From Piedraia hortae CBS 480.64 (lineage: Eukaryota), in assembly GCA_010093745.1 (NCBI GenBank), contig MU005971.1:124001-188000 (forward strand): a stretch of DNA of 64,000 bases. The letters are read 5' to 3'. The notes below the pieces were generated by a model, which ran no database searches, was not told the origin of the DNA, and was given only the letters and a program-made list of their open reading frames with translations. The position numbers and the translations under genes are program-made. Below are positions 1 to 12,864 of the stretch, one piece after another. Each line of letters begins with the position of its first letter. Positions within the stretch are counted from its first letter, which is position 1.

Positions 1-3000
1 GCTAATCATGTTGCGAAGGGCCTGGATCAGCGTTGTTGACAGCCAAACGCTGAGCTCCTCGTGGTTTACAGCCTCCTGATTGATAGCTTTGCGGTCCTTG
101 AGCACAACAAATATAGGATAGAACAGTTGCCGCCACAGCGTGTCCCAGAATTCTCTTGGCCAGCTTCCTCCATAGCGCATAAGCGTGTCAAACAGATAGT
201 TAAGTGCACGGCTCCGCACTTCGAGATCTTCGCCCGTCATGAGGACATCGTGGAAAGCAAAAAGGACTGGGAACCAAAATTGCTCTTCCTGCGTCTGTCT
301 GCTGGGCTGCTTGGGTAACCCTTCTGCCTGCGGTGCGTCCTTCTTGGCCTCATCAGTGTTCAAGCTCAGAGAGCACTCTGGAGTCCGCAGCATCTTGGGT
401 ACTGATGCTTTGAGCGTCTCAATCGCCTGCAGCGACTTCTTCTGGAATCGCTGATTCTTACTAAATTCGGTCAAGCAGACCACAAGGTCCGCAAAGGCAC
501 CTTGGCTAATGACGACCCCAAACCGTTCATTGTAAACCTGAGTGACATTGTCAAAGGCCAGGTTGACAATACTCTCGTACGGCTCACGCGCAGCTACGGT
601 AAACACGCCAAACATTGTTCTCCAACCGCTTCGGATCTTGTCGCCCTTGGCTTGGATCATCTGAATGAGGCACCGCAGCACGAGATCCTTTACCGTTGCC
701 TGGGACGCATTGCCCAGAATGAACTCAAACGGTTTGAGAAAATCTTTTTGGAACTTGAAGCCTGGAAGCTCTTCAATCTCCATGAACCGCATCGACAGCT
801 GGCGTAAACTGTTCAATGCCAGGTTGACAACTGTTGTATTGTTGTGACAGCCGACATCGATAAAGTGCTGTCCAAGAACCTGCCAAATGCTGGTCCATTC
901 GAAGCGCACACGCAGCATGTTGTACTCTGACACTTCTACTAATTTGGTCAGACTATAGATACGGGGATCTGCCGACTGGCCGGACGATTGAATCTCCTGC
1001 CAGCTGACTTGCGTAAGAGCGCGCACAAAATGCACAATGGCGTCTCCAGACAGGTTGGCAGTGTTGGTGAAGATGCGGTCCACCCCACGGATCATATCCA
1101 CACTGCGAGACTCTTCGGCAATATCAGAATGGAAAGTGCCCCCAGAGGCACCTCTAATCTGTCCTCTTCGCTGCCCATGTGCGCCTCTTCTCATCGAGCC
1201 GGTGGGGTTTGCCGAGTTGAAAGCTGAATGACGAAGCATGTCCGGCACAGCACCTTCAGAAACTCCAGACGAGATGAGCTGGAAGCGGTCGAGTTGGGAG
1301 ATGCAAGTCAACACCTCTCTCCAGCTTTCTTTCAACAAGTTGCCTTCGGTATAAGCAATGTCTAGCAGCGCCTTGAGAGCATCCATATTCTTGGACTTCA
1401 TCTCGCTCAGGTTGTAAAGGCTCGTGCTCTGAGCCAGGCTGGTGACAAACGCTTGTCTTGGGTCCTCTAGATCGAACAGACATGCTATGCGGATCGCCAA
1501 CTTGAGGCCCTTGATGCACAGGTGGATGGTCTCAATGTTCTGAGATTCCTGCACAGAACCAGAGAGGGCGGTGAGAAAAGACATCCACGTCATTTCAAAC
1601 ATTGGACCAACGTGTCTAGAGTCGCGTGCTGTTATAAACCGCGAGCCCTGCACTTTGGCCGTCGTTGCCGCTCCAATCCGCCTTTGCTGGCGCAAAATGT
1701 TCTTGAAAAGTAGCTCTGTGCGAGCACTCATCTCGTCACTAGCCGCTACGTACGCCTCCCTCTGTAGGTCCCGTCCGACGTTTGCCAAAGCCGAGACGAG
1801 TCCACCAGGCTGTATCGGCTGGGGCGCAAAGCCTAGGTTTGCAGCTCTCTCCCGTTCCGTGTCGAGGACAATCTCATTGTTCTGGATCTCTTCAAAGATG
1901 CCACGCAGATAATCTTCTGGAAGGTCTGCATTATCGTTGATGCCCCTGTTGTTCTTGATAAAGTCTTCGGGTGCCATCCGCTGTTTAACCTGAGCCGAGT
2001 GTTGATCCGTGTTCAACATGATAACGCTGTAGCCCAGAACATAGGCTGTGTCAGCATTGGCAAAGGCTGAGGGGTTACCAGTCGTGTAGCGTTCGGCGAA
2101 TTTGAGCATTAGACGGTCAATTTTCTGCGCTTCACCAGGTAACCTGAAGCTCTGGAGGAACCTTCGCAGAGCATCGACAAAGCGAGTGCGCGAGAAGTCC
2201 ATCTGATCTAAGAACGCGTGCATGATCTTGATGTTATACTCGTCACCTTCGCCTAGAAATTCACCCAAAGATGCCTTATCGATGCGTTCGTTCTTGAGCA
2301 AGAAGCGGGCAATATCCTCGGGAGAGGACGAAGGGATAAAGCCCTGATCTATAAGAGTTTTGACCCCCCGTTTCGGCTTGAAATTGAATTCTTGCACGGC
2401 TCGATTCAACGCAGTCTTGTGTTGTTTGACCTTCTCCAACTCAGCTGGATCGTCTTCTGCGAGCGGCGAGTCTGTGTCCGCCGCTACGCCGTCTTCACCA
2501 ACAGCAGAGGTTGGTCTACGGCTGGACGCTTCAGTGGTGTGCCGCGTATCCATGCTCAGCCGACCATCCTCCGCGGATACACGTCCATCCATGGACGAGG
2601 GTGCAGTGGACAAGTGAATGGGCTGTTGGCTCCACTCAACCATGCTCTTCAGCGTATCGACAAGGGCTTCTAGACTCTGAATTTTGAGTGCATACTCATG
2701 TGGGAAATCTCCTTGGAGATGCTGCTGCTGCTCGTGCGGCCCTCCCAAGTTTGCAGTTGCTAAGCTGGGCGGCAAAGTACCTTTATCTCGCCAGTCATTC
2801 AGACTAGAACTGTTCTTTGCGGCACTTTCGAGATAAGCTTGTTGCTGTAGTGGAGTCACACTGATGGGCGCAGCAGCCAGCCGCGACATGTGCTCTATGA
2901 TCTTCTGGCAAAAGTTATCTGCTGACTGCCTGTCACAGTCGTAGTTGAGGTATATCTCTACGAGTATACGAGGATCAGCAACGATGCGACCAAAGACGTG

Positions 3001-4740
3001 CTGAATGATATAGGACTTCTGCCACCATGGCGCCGCTCGCTTCTCGAGAATGGCAAGGTAGACCTCTCGGAAGAATACTTCAGACTCTCTCTTAGTATGA
3101 GCGCGCAAGTAGCGAATCATGAGCCAGAAGATCTCGGCGCTGACCTCGAAGACGCGGGGAGTAACGCTGGTAGCATTCCTACTGAGGGAAAGACACAAAT
3201 ATTGGTTGATTGCACGGGTAAATTGCGTGGCCTCTCCGTTAGACGAAGCCCGAATGGTTGAGTAAGGCGAGGTAAAGACGCTGCTGTGGTTGAAGAGGGC
3301 CGTGTGGATAATGTGCAAGCTGAGCAATTTTGACCGCATGCCCTGCGACTTGATATCTGCCGCATCTTCTGGACGCAGGACCTTGGTCCCCAGCTTACAC
3401 ATTGCACGGAAGAGGAGAAAAGCGTCTCTAATATGAATCTCGTCTTCTTCGTCTTCCTCGGTGCTAGACGCGTGCTGACCGACGGTGGGAGTATGCAGCG
3501 TTTGCCTAGGGGCCGGAGACCGCTTGGCTTGAGTAACTGTAGTTGGTGCGGAATCAGCAATCTTGGCATCATCAAACGACCTCCTCGTCTCAAACGTCTT
3601 TAGGGTCATCACTGGAGTGTCCCCGTTTCTTACGACGCTTTCTGTTGCATCTGGACTATCAGATACTTCACCGTCGCCACCAGCGGCAGGCACATCCATT
3701 GCAATCGCCTGGTCTTCAGCGATGGTAGCTGGAATCAGACTGGATTTACTAGAGCTCTCCCTGGCTGCCTTGGCTGCTAGTCTGACTTCTACTCTTTCAA
3801 AAACGGTATTTGCCATCTGAGTCAGTGTGCCCTGAGCAATCTGCTGATTGGCGCTGCTTTTGCTCAGTAGGAATATGTTGTAAATTTGACGAACGCTCTT
3901 AAGCAGTCCATTGCCATGCACTACAATCTTGTCATTGAGGATCGCTGCCAAAAGGCTTTTGATAATCTGCATCTGCACTTCCGGAGTGGCATCGACCTGG
4001 AAGGAGTTGCAGATAGCATCTATCGCCCGTTCAATGAGTTGCGTCTGCTGCGGATGGTTGGGGTCTGGTGCTGGCTGTGGGATCGAAAAGTACGAGTAAC
4101 TGATCAGCTTTCCAATGCAATCAAGGGCCGTGGTCACAACTGAAGTAGTATGGGCTTCAGTGGCCAATTTCAGCGGCTCAAACATTATCTCTGGATCGAT
4201 TTGAGATGCATCTCCCTGTGCTGTACGAACGGCAGCCAGAGCTCGCTGGGCAGCTTCATTGAGAGCTTTCCGCTGCTTGGCATCCTTTGAGGCGGCAATG
4301 GTCTCGAGGGCTGTGACAACAAAGACCATGCTGGATCGAGTACTTCGGGCACTGCCTCGAGGCCCCGTTGCCATAGTTGCTGTGGTTGATTGCGAGTCGG
4401 TTCTCTGCCTGTTGCCTTCCCAGCTGGGCGTCCGAGGCACCGAGATCGCCACCCTTGGCGCCTCATCCGGCGTCTCGCTCCGCCGGTCCATGATTTGTTT
4501 GTCTTTGGTCGGTGTTCCTGGCTTGTCCACGGCCTCTTCTGCAAGACTAGACTCTTCTTTTTCCTCTACATGCTCAGCACCATCCTGGTCTTCTGCTTGT
4601 GGCTCCAGTGCTGTCAGCCCCTCCTCCTCCTCCGTCTCCGCTGATTCTCGCTGCGAGCTCTCATCATCTGACGCGACTTCCTGTTGTTCTTCTGGTCCGG
4701 CCTCTGCCGGTACTGGGTCACGCTGTTCCCTCTCGGCCAT
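1..4740 (-). CDS. SEC7: Sec7 ARF guanine-nucleotide exchange factor (BIG/Sec7 family), 3' end runs off the window
   Basis: Minus-strand frame from ATG at 4740 (MAEREQRDP...). It has an acidic N-terminus, a DCB-like region (TALDCIGKLISYSYF) and a Sec7 domain at ~1900-2450 (FNFKPKRGV...FRLPGEAQKIDRLMLKFAERY...YSVIMLNTDQH). It is absent from the ORF track, presumably because no stop lies within the window. Confidence 0.95.
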   Translation of the reverse strand, partial: MAEREQRDPVPAEAGPEEQQEVASDDESSQRESAETEEEEGLTALEPQAEDQDGAEHVEEKEESSLAEEAVDKPGTPTKDKQIMDRRSETPDEAPRVAISVPRTPSWEGNRQRTDSQSTTATMATGPRGSARSTRSSMVFVVTALETIAASKDAKQRKALNEAAQRALAAVRTAQGDASQIDPEIMFEPLKLATEAHTTSVVTTALDCIGKLISYSYFSIPQPAPDPNHPQQTQLIERAIDAICNSFQVDATPEVQMQIIKSLLAAILNDKIVVHGNGLLKSVRQIYNIFLLSKSSANQQIAQGTLTQMANTVFERVEVRLAAKAARESSSKSSLIPATIAEDQAIAMDVPAAGGDGEVSDSPDATESVVRNGDTPVMTLKTFETRRSFDDAKIADSAPTTVTQAKRSPAPRQTLHTPTVGQHASSTEEDEEDEIHIRDAFLLFRAMCKLGTKVLRPEDAADIKSQGMRSKLLSLHIIHTALFNHSSVFTSPYSTIRASSNGEATQFTRAINQYLCLSLSRNATSVTPRVFEVSAEIFWLMIRYLRAHTKRESEVFFREVYLAILEKRAAPWWQKSYIIQHVFGRIVADPRILVEIYLNYDCDRQSADNFCQKIIEHMSRLAAAPISVTPLQQQAYLESAAKNSSSLNDWRDKGTLPPSLATANLGGPHEQQQHLQGDFPHEYALKIQSLEALVDTLKSMVEWSQQPIHLSTAPSSMDGRVSAEDGRLSMDTRHTTEASSRRPTSAVGEDGVAADTDSPLAEDDPAELEKVKQHKTALNRAVQEFNFKPKRGVKTLIDQGFIPSSSPEDIARFLLKNERIDKASLGEFLGEGDEYNIKIMHAFLDQMDFSRTRFVDALRRFLQSFRLPGEAQKIDRLMLKFAERYTTGNPSAFANADTAYVLGYSVIMLNTDQHSAQVKQRMAPEDFIKNNRGINDNADLPEDYLRGIFEEIQNNEIVLDTERERAANLGFAPQPIQPGGLVSALANVGRDLQREAYVAASDEMSARTELLFKNILRQQRRIGAATTAKVQGSRFITARDSRHVGPMFEMTWMSFLTALSGSVQESQNIETIHLCIKGLKLAIRIACLFDLEDPRQAFVTSLAQSTSLYNLSEMKSKNMDALKALLDIAYTEGNLLKESWREVLTCISQLDRFQLISSGVSEGAVPDMLRHSAFNSANPTGSMRRGAHGQRRGQIRGASGGTFHSDIAEESRSVDMIRGVDRIFTNTANLSGDAIVHFVRALTQVSWQEIQSSGQSADPRIYSLTKLVEVSEYNMLRVRFEWTSIWQVLGQHFIDVGCHNNTTVVNLALNSLRQLSMRFMEIEELPGFKFQKDFLKPFEFILGNASQATVKDLVLRCLIQMIQAKGDKIRSGWRTMFGVFTVAAREPYESIVNLAFDNVTQVYNERFGVVISQGAFADLVVCLTEFSKNQRFQKKSLQAIETLKASVPKMLRTPECSLSLNTDEAKKDAPQAEGLPKQPSRQTQEEQFWFPVLFAFHDVLMTGEDLEVRSRALNYLFDTLMRYGGSWPREFWDTLWRQLFYPIFVVLKDRKAINQEAVNHEELSVWLSTTLIQALRNMIS

Positions 4741-5077
4741 TCCAACTCTTTACAAACTTCTAGGCCAGTATCATTTCAGTGAACTGAATCAATCCTCGGT
4801 CGATCCAGATGAGTAATCGAAAGGCCCTTGGCTGTCATCAACCCGAAACGGCTGTTGGACCCTATCGACAGCTGGTAGTAGGTATCAATCAAAACTCAGT
4901 GACAGGTCAATCAAATTTGATGGATCCTCAGCCGAACTGCCACCGTCAGCGGGTCAAGCCGCGAATTAACTGGAGTTGATTAAAGTCCAGTTAATGAGCG
5001 CAAGCAACACCAACACCACCAGCGGGGTCCAACGTTTTTCTCGAACCACCAACTCTGCGCTCGTTAAACACTGCAAG

Positions 5078-6745
5078 ATGGCCACAGCTGCAGTAATTGC
5101 CAGAGCCTCGTCGCGGGGACTGTGTGCGCGTGGAACACTCAGAACCTTTCGCGCCGGCGACAACGTTGCGTAAGTCGATCCGGAGCTCCAAAACTCACTC
5201 AAAAGCTGACGGCGCAAACAGCAAAGCAGCTTCGTTTGCTGCCCTTCAGCGATACTATGCGTCAAAGTGTACGTCAACTCCAGACAAGCCGAGGGCTGAT
5301 GGATACTGACACGGTCCTACAGCCTTCCCGCCTCACACAGTCGTTCCCATGCCCGCCCTTTCTCCCACCATGACCAGCGGTAACATTGGTGCCTGGCAGA
5401 AGAAGCCGGGTGACAGTCTCTCGCCGGGAGATGTCTTAGTGGAGATCGAAACCGACAAGGCGCAGATGGACTTTGAGTTCCAAGAAGAGGCCGTCCTGGC
5501 CAAGATTCTCAAGGAGAACGGAGAAAAGGATGTCGCTGTTGGCAATGTATGTATCCAAAGAGCTGTGGAGGAGGCCAGTGGTGCTAACAATCCTAGCCAA
5601 TCGCTGTGGTGGTGGAAGATGCCGGCGACGTGGAAGCTTTCGCCGACTTCACCATTGAGGATGCTGGCGGCGATAAGTCCAAGGCACAGCCAGACAAGGG
5701 TTCAGAAGAGAGCAAAGACAAAGGGGAGGAAGCCAAGGAAGCCAAGGAATCCAAGGTCTCAGAGCCCTCGGGTCAAGAGGCCGAGTCCAAGTCGAAGCCT
5801 GCTCCCGAAGCCCGCGAATCTGAGTCTACGGGAGAGCGTCTGGAACTGTCAATTGACCACGAAGGCGGTGCTTCGCCGGCTGCCAAGAAGCTTGCGTTGG
5901 AGAAGGGCGTCCCTCTTAGCCAAGTGAAGGGAACGGGACCGAACAAAAGAATCACGAAGCAGGACGTGGAGAAGTTCTCACAGTCTTCATCGTCAGCAGC
6001 GCCGGCGGCGACACCAGGCGCCGCGGCGGCATCTTACGAGGACACCGAGGTCAGCGGAATGCGCAAGACGATTGCCGCTCGTCTGAGGCAGTCGATGAAC
6101 GAGAACCCCCACTACTTTGTTGCCTCGACCGTGTCTGTCAGCAAACTCCTCAAGCTTCGCACGGCTCTCAATGCCAGTGCCGAGGGCAAATACAAACTGT
6201 CTATCAACGACTTCTTGATCAAAGCCGTTGCTATCGCCGCTCACAAGGTACCTGCCGCCAACAGCTCGTGGAGAGAGGAGGGTGGCAAGGTCGTGATCCG
6301 GAAGAACAACGTTGTGGATGTCTCAGTTGCTGTTGCCACGCCCGTTGGCCTCTTGACGCCCATCGTCAAGAATGTCAATGGTGCTGGTCTGGAGTCAATC
6401 TCGGCAAGTATCAAGGAGTTGGGCAAGCGTGCCCGGGATGGAAAACTCAAGCCCGAGGAATATCAGGGCGGTACAATTACCATCTCCAACATGGGCATGA
6501 ATGATGCCATCGACCGCTTCACGGCTGTCATCAACCCTCCGCAGTCGACCATTGTTGCCGTTGGGGCTGTCAAGAAGGTGGCAGTTCCGAAAGAATCCGA
6601 AGAGGGCTCAGACGGTGTTGAATGGGACGAGCAAATTGTGCTTACTGGCAGCTTTGACCACAAGGTCGTGGACGGAGCAGTGGGAGGAGACTTCATGAAA
6701 GAGTTGAAGAAAGCGATTGAGAACCCGCTCAATTTGATGCTTTAA
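5078..6745 (+). CDS. LAT1: Pyruvate dehydrogenase E2 (dihydrolipoamide acetyltransferase), mitochondrial, 503 aa, 4 exons
   Basis: Introns 5170-5221, 5269-5322 and 5547-5596 (GT-AG with CTRAC branch) give one frame. Presequence ends ...LQRYYASKS; lipoyl motif [13 protein letters not shown]3-binding [13 protein letters not shown]; catalytic DHKVVDGA. Confidence 0.96.
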
Positions 6746-7118
6746 GAGCAGAAAAAGGCTGGGGAAAGTGTCATGGACGGCCATGGGTTGTCGTTGACGC
6801 TTTGTATAGCATGCGGTTGTCAGTGTGCCTGTTTTAATGTAGCATAGCCTCTCCTGGGCTGTTCTGTAGTTGTAATGACCAGCACATTTCAGCGACCAAA
6901 CATCTACCTCCCGGGGACTACTTGGGCCAGTTTCACAATGAAACTCTACTGGCTGGTCAGTACACCATACGGGTCAGATTGACAATGCCATACAGACTGC
7001 GAAGGCTATGATGAGAAATGTAAGGTGCCCGATGCGCCTATGATAGACAGTCAAAATTTTCATAGTGCGTAATACGGAGCGGCCCGATCTAATCATGCAG
7101 CGGTGTCATCGTAAGTAC

Positions 7119-8101
7119 CTACTGCCCGTCGCGCGAACGCCGGTATTTGGTCTCCTGGTCCATCTGAATCTCACCAATGTTCCTACAGGTTTCTTCGAGG
7201 ATTTCGGCTGCACGTTGATGAAACTCGAACTGGGCCTGAACCAGCTCAGTGAGATTACGCAGCGGCTCGGGCGTGTCGAGGACGTTACGCATGATGTTCG
7301 TAGCCTCATCAACTTTCTCAACAAACACGTCCTCGGCCTGTTCAATCTGCTTGCGTTGAGCATCTGAATAGTTAGCCTCGTGGCGGCCGCCTGCAGCGGC
7401 ACGGTTCTTGGCAGCATCGAGCGTGAGACGTGCATTAGCGACAGCTGCGCGAGCTTTGTCGGCCGCCTTGATGCTCTGGTTCAGCGTCGTGCTCCAGCCG
7501 GCGAGGAACTTGCCCTGGATCTTCTCATCCTGCACCAGGCGCGCCTCGCCCACCTTCTCCTCGGCAATCGCAAACTGCTCCAGCCCCTGGGCCAGAGGAT
7601 CAGGCTCGACAGAGCCCTGAGGCGTAGCCATGGTCTGCACCTGGGACCCCGTCAAAGCCGCGCGCGCCATGGCGTGGTTAAAAGTCTTGGGCTGAGGCTT
7701 GCCCGACGGAGACGCCGTCAAGGCAGCCTGCGCGTCAGCCGCATTCTGTGCCTTGCTCAGCAGCGAGACCTGTAACCTGTCAGTGGCCGTCTGTCACCAT
7801 TTCCCCACTGCACCTTTTCCGAGATGCTCTTGCCCAGGTCCTGGAAACTTTCGCGAATGTTGGGAGGGTAGTCATAGGCCTCGTTCGCATACTGGCTGGT
7901 CGCCGCAAGAAGCTTCTGGTGCGTCGTCTTGAGCGCATCGATGCGCGTTTCGAGCTCAACGTATTCGTGCGGCAGCTCCGTCTTCTCGCTGACGTTGCCC
8001 GTCTGTTCCCTGAACCATTGCTGGCTACGCGCGGCGAAGGGCGATACGGAAGACGACACCGTCTGGCCGAGGCTCTGAAAGGTCGAAGCGAATTTGTCCA
8101 T
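7119..8101 (-). CDS. GVP36: BAR-domain protein (Gvp36-like), 312 aa, 2 exons
   Basis: Intron 7770-7813 (GTGCAG...CTGAC...ACAG) joins two ORFs in frame. Motifs EKTELPHEYVELETRIDALK, YANEAYDYPPN and PKTFNHAMARA are followed by coiled-coil helices. Confidence 0.8.
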
Positions 8102-8429
8102 GCTGTGCCAGTTTGCGCAGGAATGAGTGCCGCTGCAGCAAGCTTCTCGATGTTTAGCGATCGTTAAAAATAGAGAGCCAGATAGGAACTCGTTCTCTCT
8201 AGCCGCTTTGGGTAAGGCAGCTGCCTGTTTGGGCGACTCCGCAGCAAGCCGCCAACCTGATCAGGCTAGGCTTCAACGTTTCAGCCCTTTGGCCGGAGCT
8301 GGATTGGCGTCGGGACCCTCGCTCCAATCACATGCGCTCTTGGCATCACGCCCCCCACGGCAAAAGCCCACAAAAAAATCTTGACTTCCCTTCCACACTC
8401 CCTCACTTACTCCCTACCCACGCTCCAAA

Positions 8430-11400
8430 ATGGCCGCCGCCATGTCGGAAGCGCAGATTAAGAAGGAGAATAAGCAGAGCACCAAAGTGCTGGAGGAGTT
8501 GATGTCCAAGTTGCAGGTTAGCAAACCGGGTGACGAGGCAAAGGGATACTCGCAGGAGATTGCCACTTTCATCAACGGCGACATCGAGGAGCATGATGCA
8601 CCCACAAAGGCCGTTGACGGGCTGAGCAAGATGCTTGCCAACAAGAAGGACGCCTCTGCACGTCAAAATGGCTGCGAGGCCATCGCCGCCATTGCCTCGC
8701 ACGGTGAGGTTTCTGCCATCGTCGAGCCGTACCTCGTCAAGCTGTTGCCCGCTGTCCTGGCCGCAGTTGGTGACAAGATGTCGGCCGTCAAAGTTGCTGC
8801 TCAGAATGCTGCTCTCGCCATTACAAAGGCTGTCAACGCCAACGCCGTCAAGGCACTTATGCCCCACTTTGTCCACTCGATCCGGAACGCGCAAAAGTGG
8901 CCCGAGAAGATGACGGATCTCGAGTGCATCGAGGCGCTATGCGAGTCGGCCCCCGCCCAGACGGCCTACCGCGTGCCGGACCTAATTCCAATCGTGTCCG
9001 AGGCCATGTGGGATACGAAGCCCGAAGTCAAGAAGAAGGCCTATGGCACCATGGAGAGGGTGTGTCAACTTATCGTCAACAAGGATATCGAGCGCTTCAT
9101 CCCCGAGCTCATCAAGTGTATCGCCAAGCCAGAGAATGTGCCGGAGACGGTGCATCTGCTCGGCGCCACGACGTTTGTGACGGACGTGCATGAGCCGACG
9201 CTGGCTATTATGGTGCCACTGCTGGAGCGTGGTCTGAAAGAACGTGAGACGGCCATCAAGCGCAAATCTGCAGTCATCATTGACAACATGTGCAAGGTGA
9301 GTCGAATGTTCCATCTCGACGCCGCTCAACTAACGCAATGTAGCTTGTAGAGGACCCCAATATTGTGGCTGCCTTCTTGCCGAAGCTTATGCCTCAACTT
9401 AAGGAGAACCACGACAACATGGCCGATCCTGAAGCTCGTGAGAAGACGAAGCAGGGTCTCGACACTCTTGTCCGTGTGGGCAACGTCAAGGATGGCAAGA
9501 TTCCGGAAGTCTCACACGACGGTGACCTTGAGACAGTCAAGGAGAAGCTGAAGGAAGTCCTCGGTTCCAAGCACGCGGCCGTTGTTGACAAGTTTGACCC
9601 TGTTCTCTCGTACATTGGCGCCATCGGCGGCCAACTTGTTGACGAAAAGGATCTTGAAGCGGTCTCTTGGACAACCAACATCTCTCCCTGCCTTACTGCC
9701 ATTGTTGGAAACTCATCCGAGGCCCAGGACCTTGTGGATGCGCTTCGCAAGAAGTGCGCACCTGGTGCACTCGCCGAAGATGAGGTCGAGCCTGATGAGG
9801 AAGAAGGTGAAGATCTTTGCAATTGCACTTTCAACCTTGCCTATGGTGCCAAGATATTACTGAATCAGACATCTCTCCGACTGAAGCGCGGCCAGCGTTA
9901 TGGTCTGCTCGGGCCCAACGGCTCTGGCAAGACGACGCTTATGAGGGCCATCAACAATGAACAAGTTGAGGGTTTCCCCAAGCAGAGTGAGGTGCGAACG
10001 GCGTATATTGAGCACGATCTCGACGCTGCCGATACGGAGATGACTGTCATGGAGTGGACTGTGATGAAGTTGAAGCAGTCCGGTGTTGACCTAAGTGACG
10101 ATGAGGTTAGGAAGACATTGGTCGAGTTCGGCTTTGTTCCGGAGCAGCTGGACGGACCAATTACGGCGCTGTCCGGTGGATGGAAGATGAAGCTGGCCCT
10201 CGCCCGTGCCGTTTTCGTCAAGCCTGATATCCTCCTCCTGGACGAGCCAACCAACCATCTCGACGTGAAGAACGTCAAGTGGCTCGAAGATTACCTTGTG
10301 AACTCGCCCTGCACCTCCATCATCATCTCACATGACAGCAAATTCCTGGACAATGTCATCCAACACGTCATCCATTACGAGCGATTTAAGTTGAAGCGAT
10401 ACCGCGGTAAGCTCAGCGAGTTCGTCAAGCGTGTACCTTCGGCAAAGTCGTACTACGAACTCGGTGCGTCTGAGATGGAGTTCAAATTCCCCGAGCCCGG
10501 TTTCCTCGAGGGTGTCAAGACAAAGGCCAAGGCCATTGTGCGTGTCAGCAACATGTCATTCCAATATCCTGGCACCTCGAAGCCACAGATTCAGGACATT
10601 ACGTTTCAGTGTTCGCTCAGCTCTCGTATCGCCGTCATCGGGCCAAACGGTGCTGGAAAGTCTACGCTGGTGAATGTGTTGACAGGCGAACTGATCCCGA
10701 CCAGCGGTGACGTGTACCAGCACGAGAACATCCGTATCGCGTACATCAAGCAGCATGCGTTTGCGCACATCGATCACCACCTGGACAAGACGCCATCCGA
10801 ATACATCCAGTGGCGCTTCCAAACCGGCGAGGACCGTGAGACGATGGATCGTGCCAACAAGATTGTCACAGATGAAGACAAGAACGCAATGGACAAGATT
10901 TACCGTATCGAGGGTTCACAACGTCGTGTTATTGGCGTCCACTCGCGTCGCAAGTTCAAGAACTCGTACGAGTACGAGTGTTCGTTTGTGCTGGGAGAGA
11001 ACGTGGGCATGAAGAACGAGAAGTGGACGCCCATGATGACGGCTGACAATGCATGGATCCCTCGCAACGAGCTCATCCAGTCGCATCAGAAGATGGTGGC
11101 CGAGGTGGATCAGAAGGAAGCGTTGGCCAGCGGCCAGTTCCGTCCCCTTGTGCGCAAGGAGATTGAAGCTCACTGTGCCAACTTTGGCCTCGATGCCGAG
11201 TTGGTGTCTCACTCGCGTATGCGTGGTCTTTCCGGCGGTCAGCGCGTCAAGGTTGTTCTTGCTGCGTGTTCATGGCAGCGTCCTCACTTGATTGTGCTTG
11301 ACGAGCCTACTAATTACCTCGACCGAGACTCTCTCGGTGCGCTGTCCAAGGCTATCAAAGCCTTCGAGGGAGGTGTCATCATCATCACTCACTCCGCGGA

Positions 11401-11668
11401 ATTCACAAAGGATCTCACAGAAGAAGTGTGGGCAGTCATGGACGGTCGCATGACGCCGTCTGGCCACAACTGGGTGCAGGGACAAGGCGCGGGCCCACGA
11501 CTCAAGCAGGAGGGCGAAGAAGAGGAAAAGTTCGATGCCATGGGTAATAAAATCGAAAGCACAAAGAAGAAGGCAAAGCTCTCTGCGTCTGAGCTACGGA
11601 AAAAGAAGAAGGAACGAATGGCGCGTCGGAAGCGAGGCGAAGAAGTGTTCTCGGACGAAGACGACTAG
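8430..11668 (+). CDS. YEF3: Fungal translation elongation factor 3 (EF-3), 1063 aa, 2 exons
   Basis: Intron 9297-9343. HEAT region, two ABC cassettes ([34 protein letters not shown]), chromodomain insert and basic C-terminal tail. Confidence 0.97.
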
Positions 11669-11708
11669 AGAAAAAGTCTTGTTTACGATAGACGTGCTGA
11701 ACAATTCC

Positions 11709-12864
11709 CTACAATTTACTATCGGCGTCAGGGTTTTTGATTCTGACCACCAGTTTCCCAAACTGTTTCCCATTCTTCATATCATCAAACAATCGCTCAA
11801 CCGTCTCAACTTCTAGACCCTCCACAACCCGTGAGACAACAGGTTTGATCTTATGTTGATTCACGAACTCGACCATCTCCCTAAACTCCCTCCTCGACCC
11901 CATCGTACTCCCTCTCAACTCTATATTCTTCAAAACAGCACTCATCGGGAAACTCATCTGCGGGCCCGTCGTCATTCCATACGAAACAATAATCCCTCCT
12001 TGCTGCTATACGTCAGCCCCACCATCCCTAATCTATGCCTCCCCCACCAATCTTTTTAAAACTCACCTTCAAAACCCTCCCCGCGCGAGACGCAATATCT
12101 CCCCCAGCCCCATCAACAACAACATCAACCTCCCCACCAACCAACACACCCAACTCGCCCTCCCACTTGGGGTGTTTATAATTAACCCCCCCTTTAGCAC
12201 CCAACTCCACCGCTCTAGCAATCTTCCCCTCATCCGAAGACGTAACATAAACCCTCGCTCCGACGGCGACAGCAAAAAGGAGGGCCATGATAGCCACTCC
12301 TCCCCCGATCCCCGTAACGAGGACGGTTGAGTTTGGGGTGATACATCCTTTGGTGAAGACCGCGCGGTAGGCGGTTAGGCCAGTTAATGGGAGGGCGGCG
12401 GATTCGGGGTCTGAGAGGTGTGGGGGTGCTAAGACGAGATCGTGCTCGGGGAGGGAGAGATGGGTGGAGAGCGTGCCGGAGGGGTAGGGTTTCGTCCCGC
12501 CGAGGATGGCGTATTTCCCCCCCGAGGGGTCCTTTGAGTCCTTCGGTCCCTGCGGTCCCTCCGGCCCCGCAAGATCACTATCCCAGTTCTTCCCCGGCTG
12601 GATTATTACGCGTTTGTTGTAGAATGGGGAGGATGGTGGTGATGTTACGATTCCGCAACCATCAGCGCCCAGGGGGATGTTGTATCCTCCTCCGGGGTAG
12701 AGATTTTGGCGGAGGAAGATGTCACGGTGGTTGAGGGAGGCGGTGAGTAGGGTGACGGTTAGGGTATCGGGAGGGGAGGGGGGGAGGGGGATTAGTTGTA
12801 ATGGGTTCCATGTTGGTCCATTTGGAGGGGAGGGGGTTTGGACGATTGCTTTGGGGTTTGACAT
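11709..12864 (-). CDS. MDR-superfamily (zinc-type alcohol dehydrogenase / quinone oxidoreductase-like) enzyme with C-terminal PTS1, ~364 aa
   Basis: ATG at 12864 (MSNPKAIV). Motifs SLNHRD, GADGCG, VLVTGIGGGVA, ELRGSTMGS and QFGKLVV. Intron 12006-12066 (GTGAGT...CTGAC...TAG). The protein ends in -SKL. Confidence 0.88.

Noticed and set aside
61..4816. Numerous short plus-strand ORFs
   Set aside because: Antisense to the continuous SEC7 frame.
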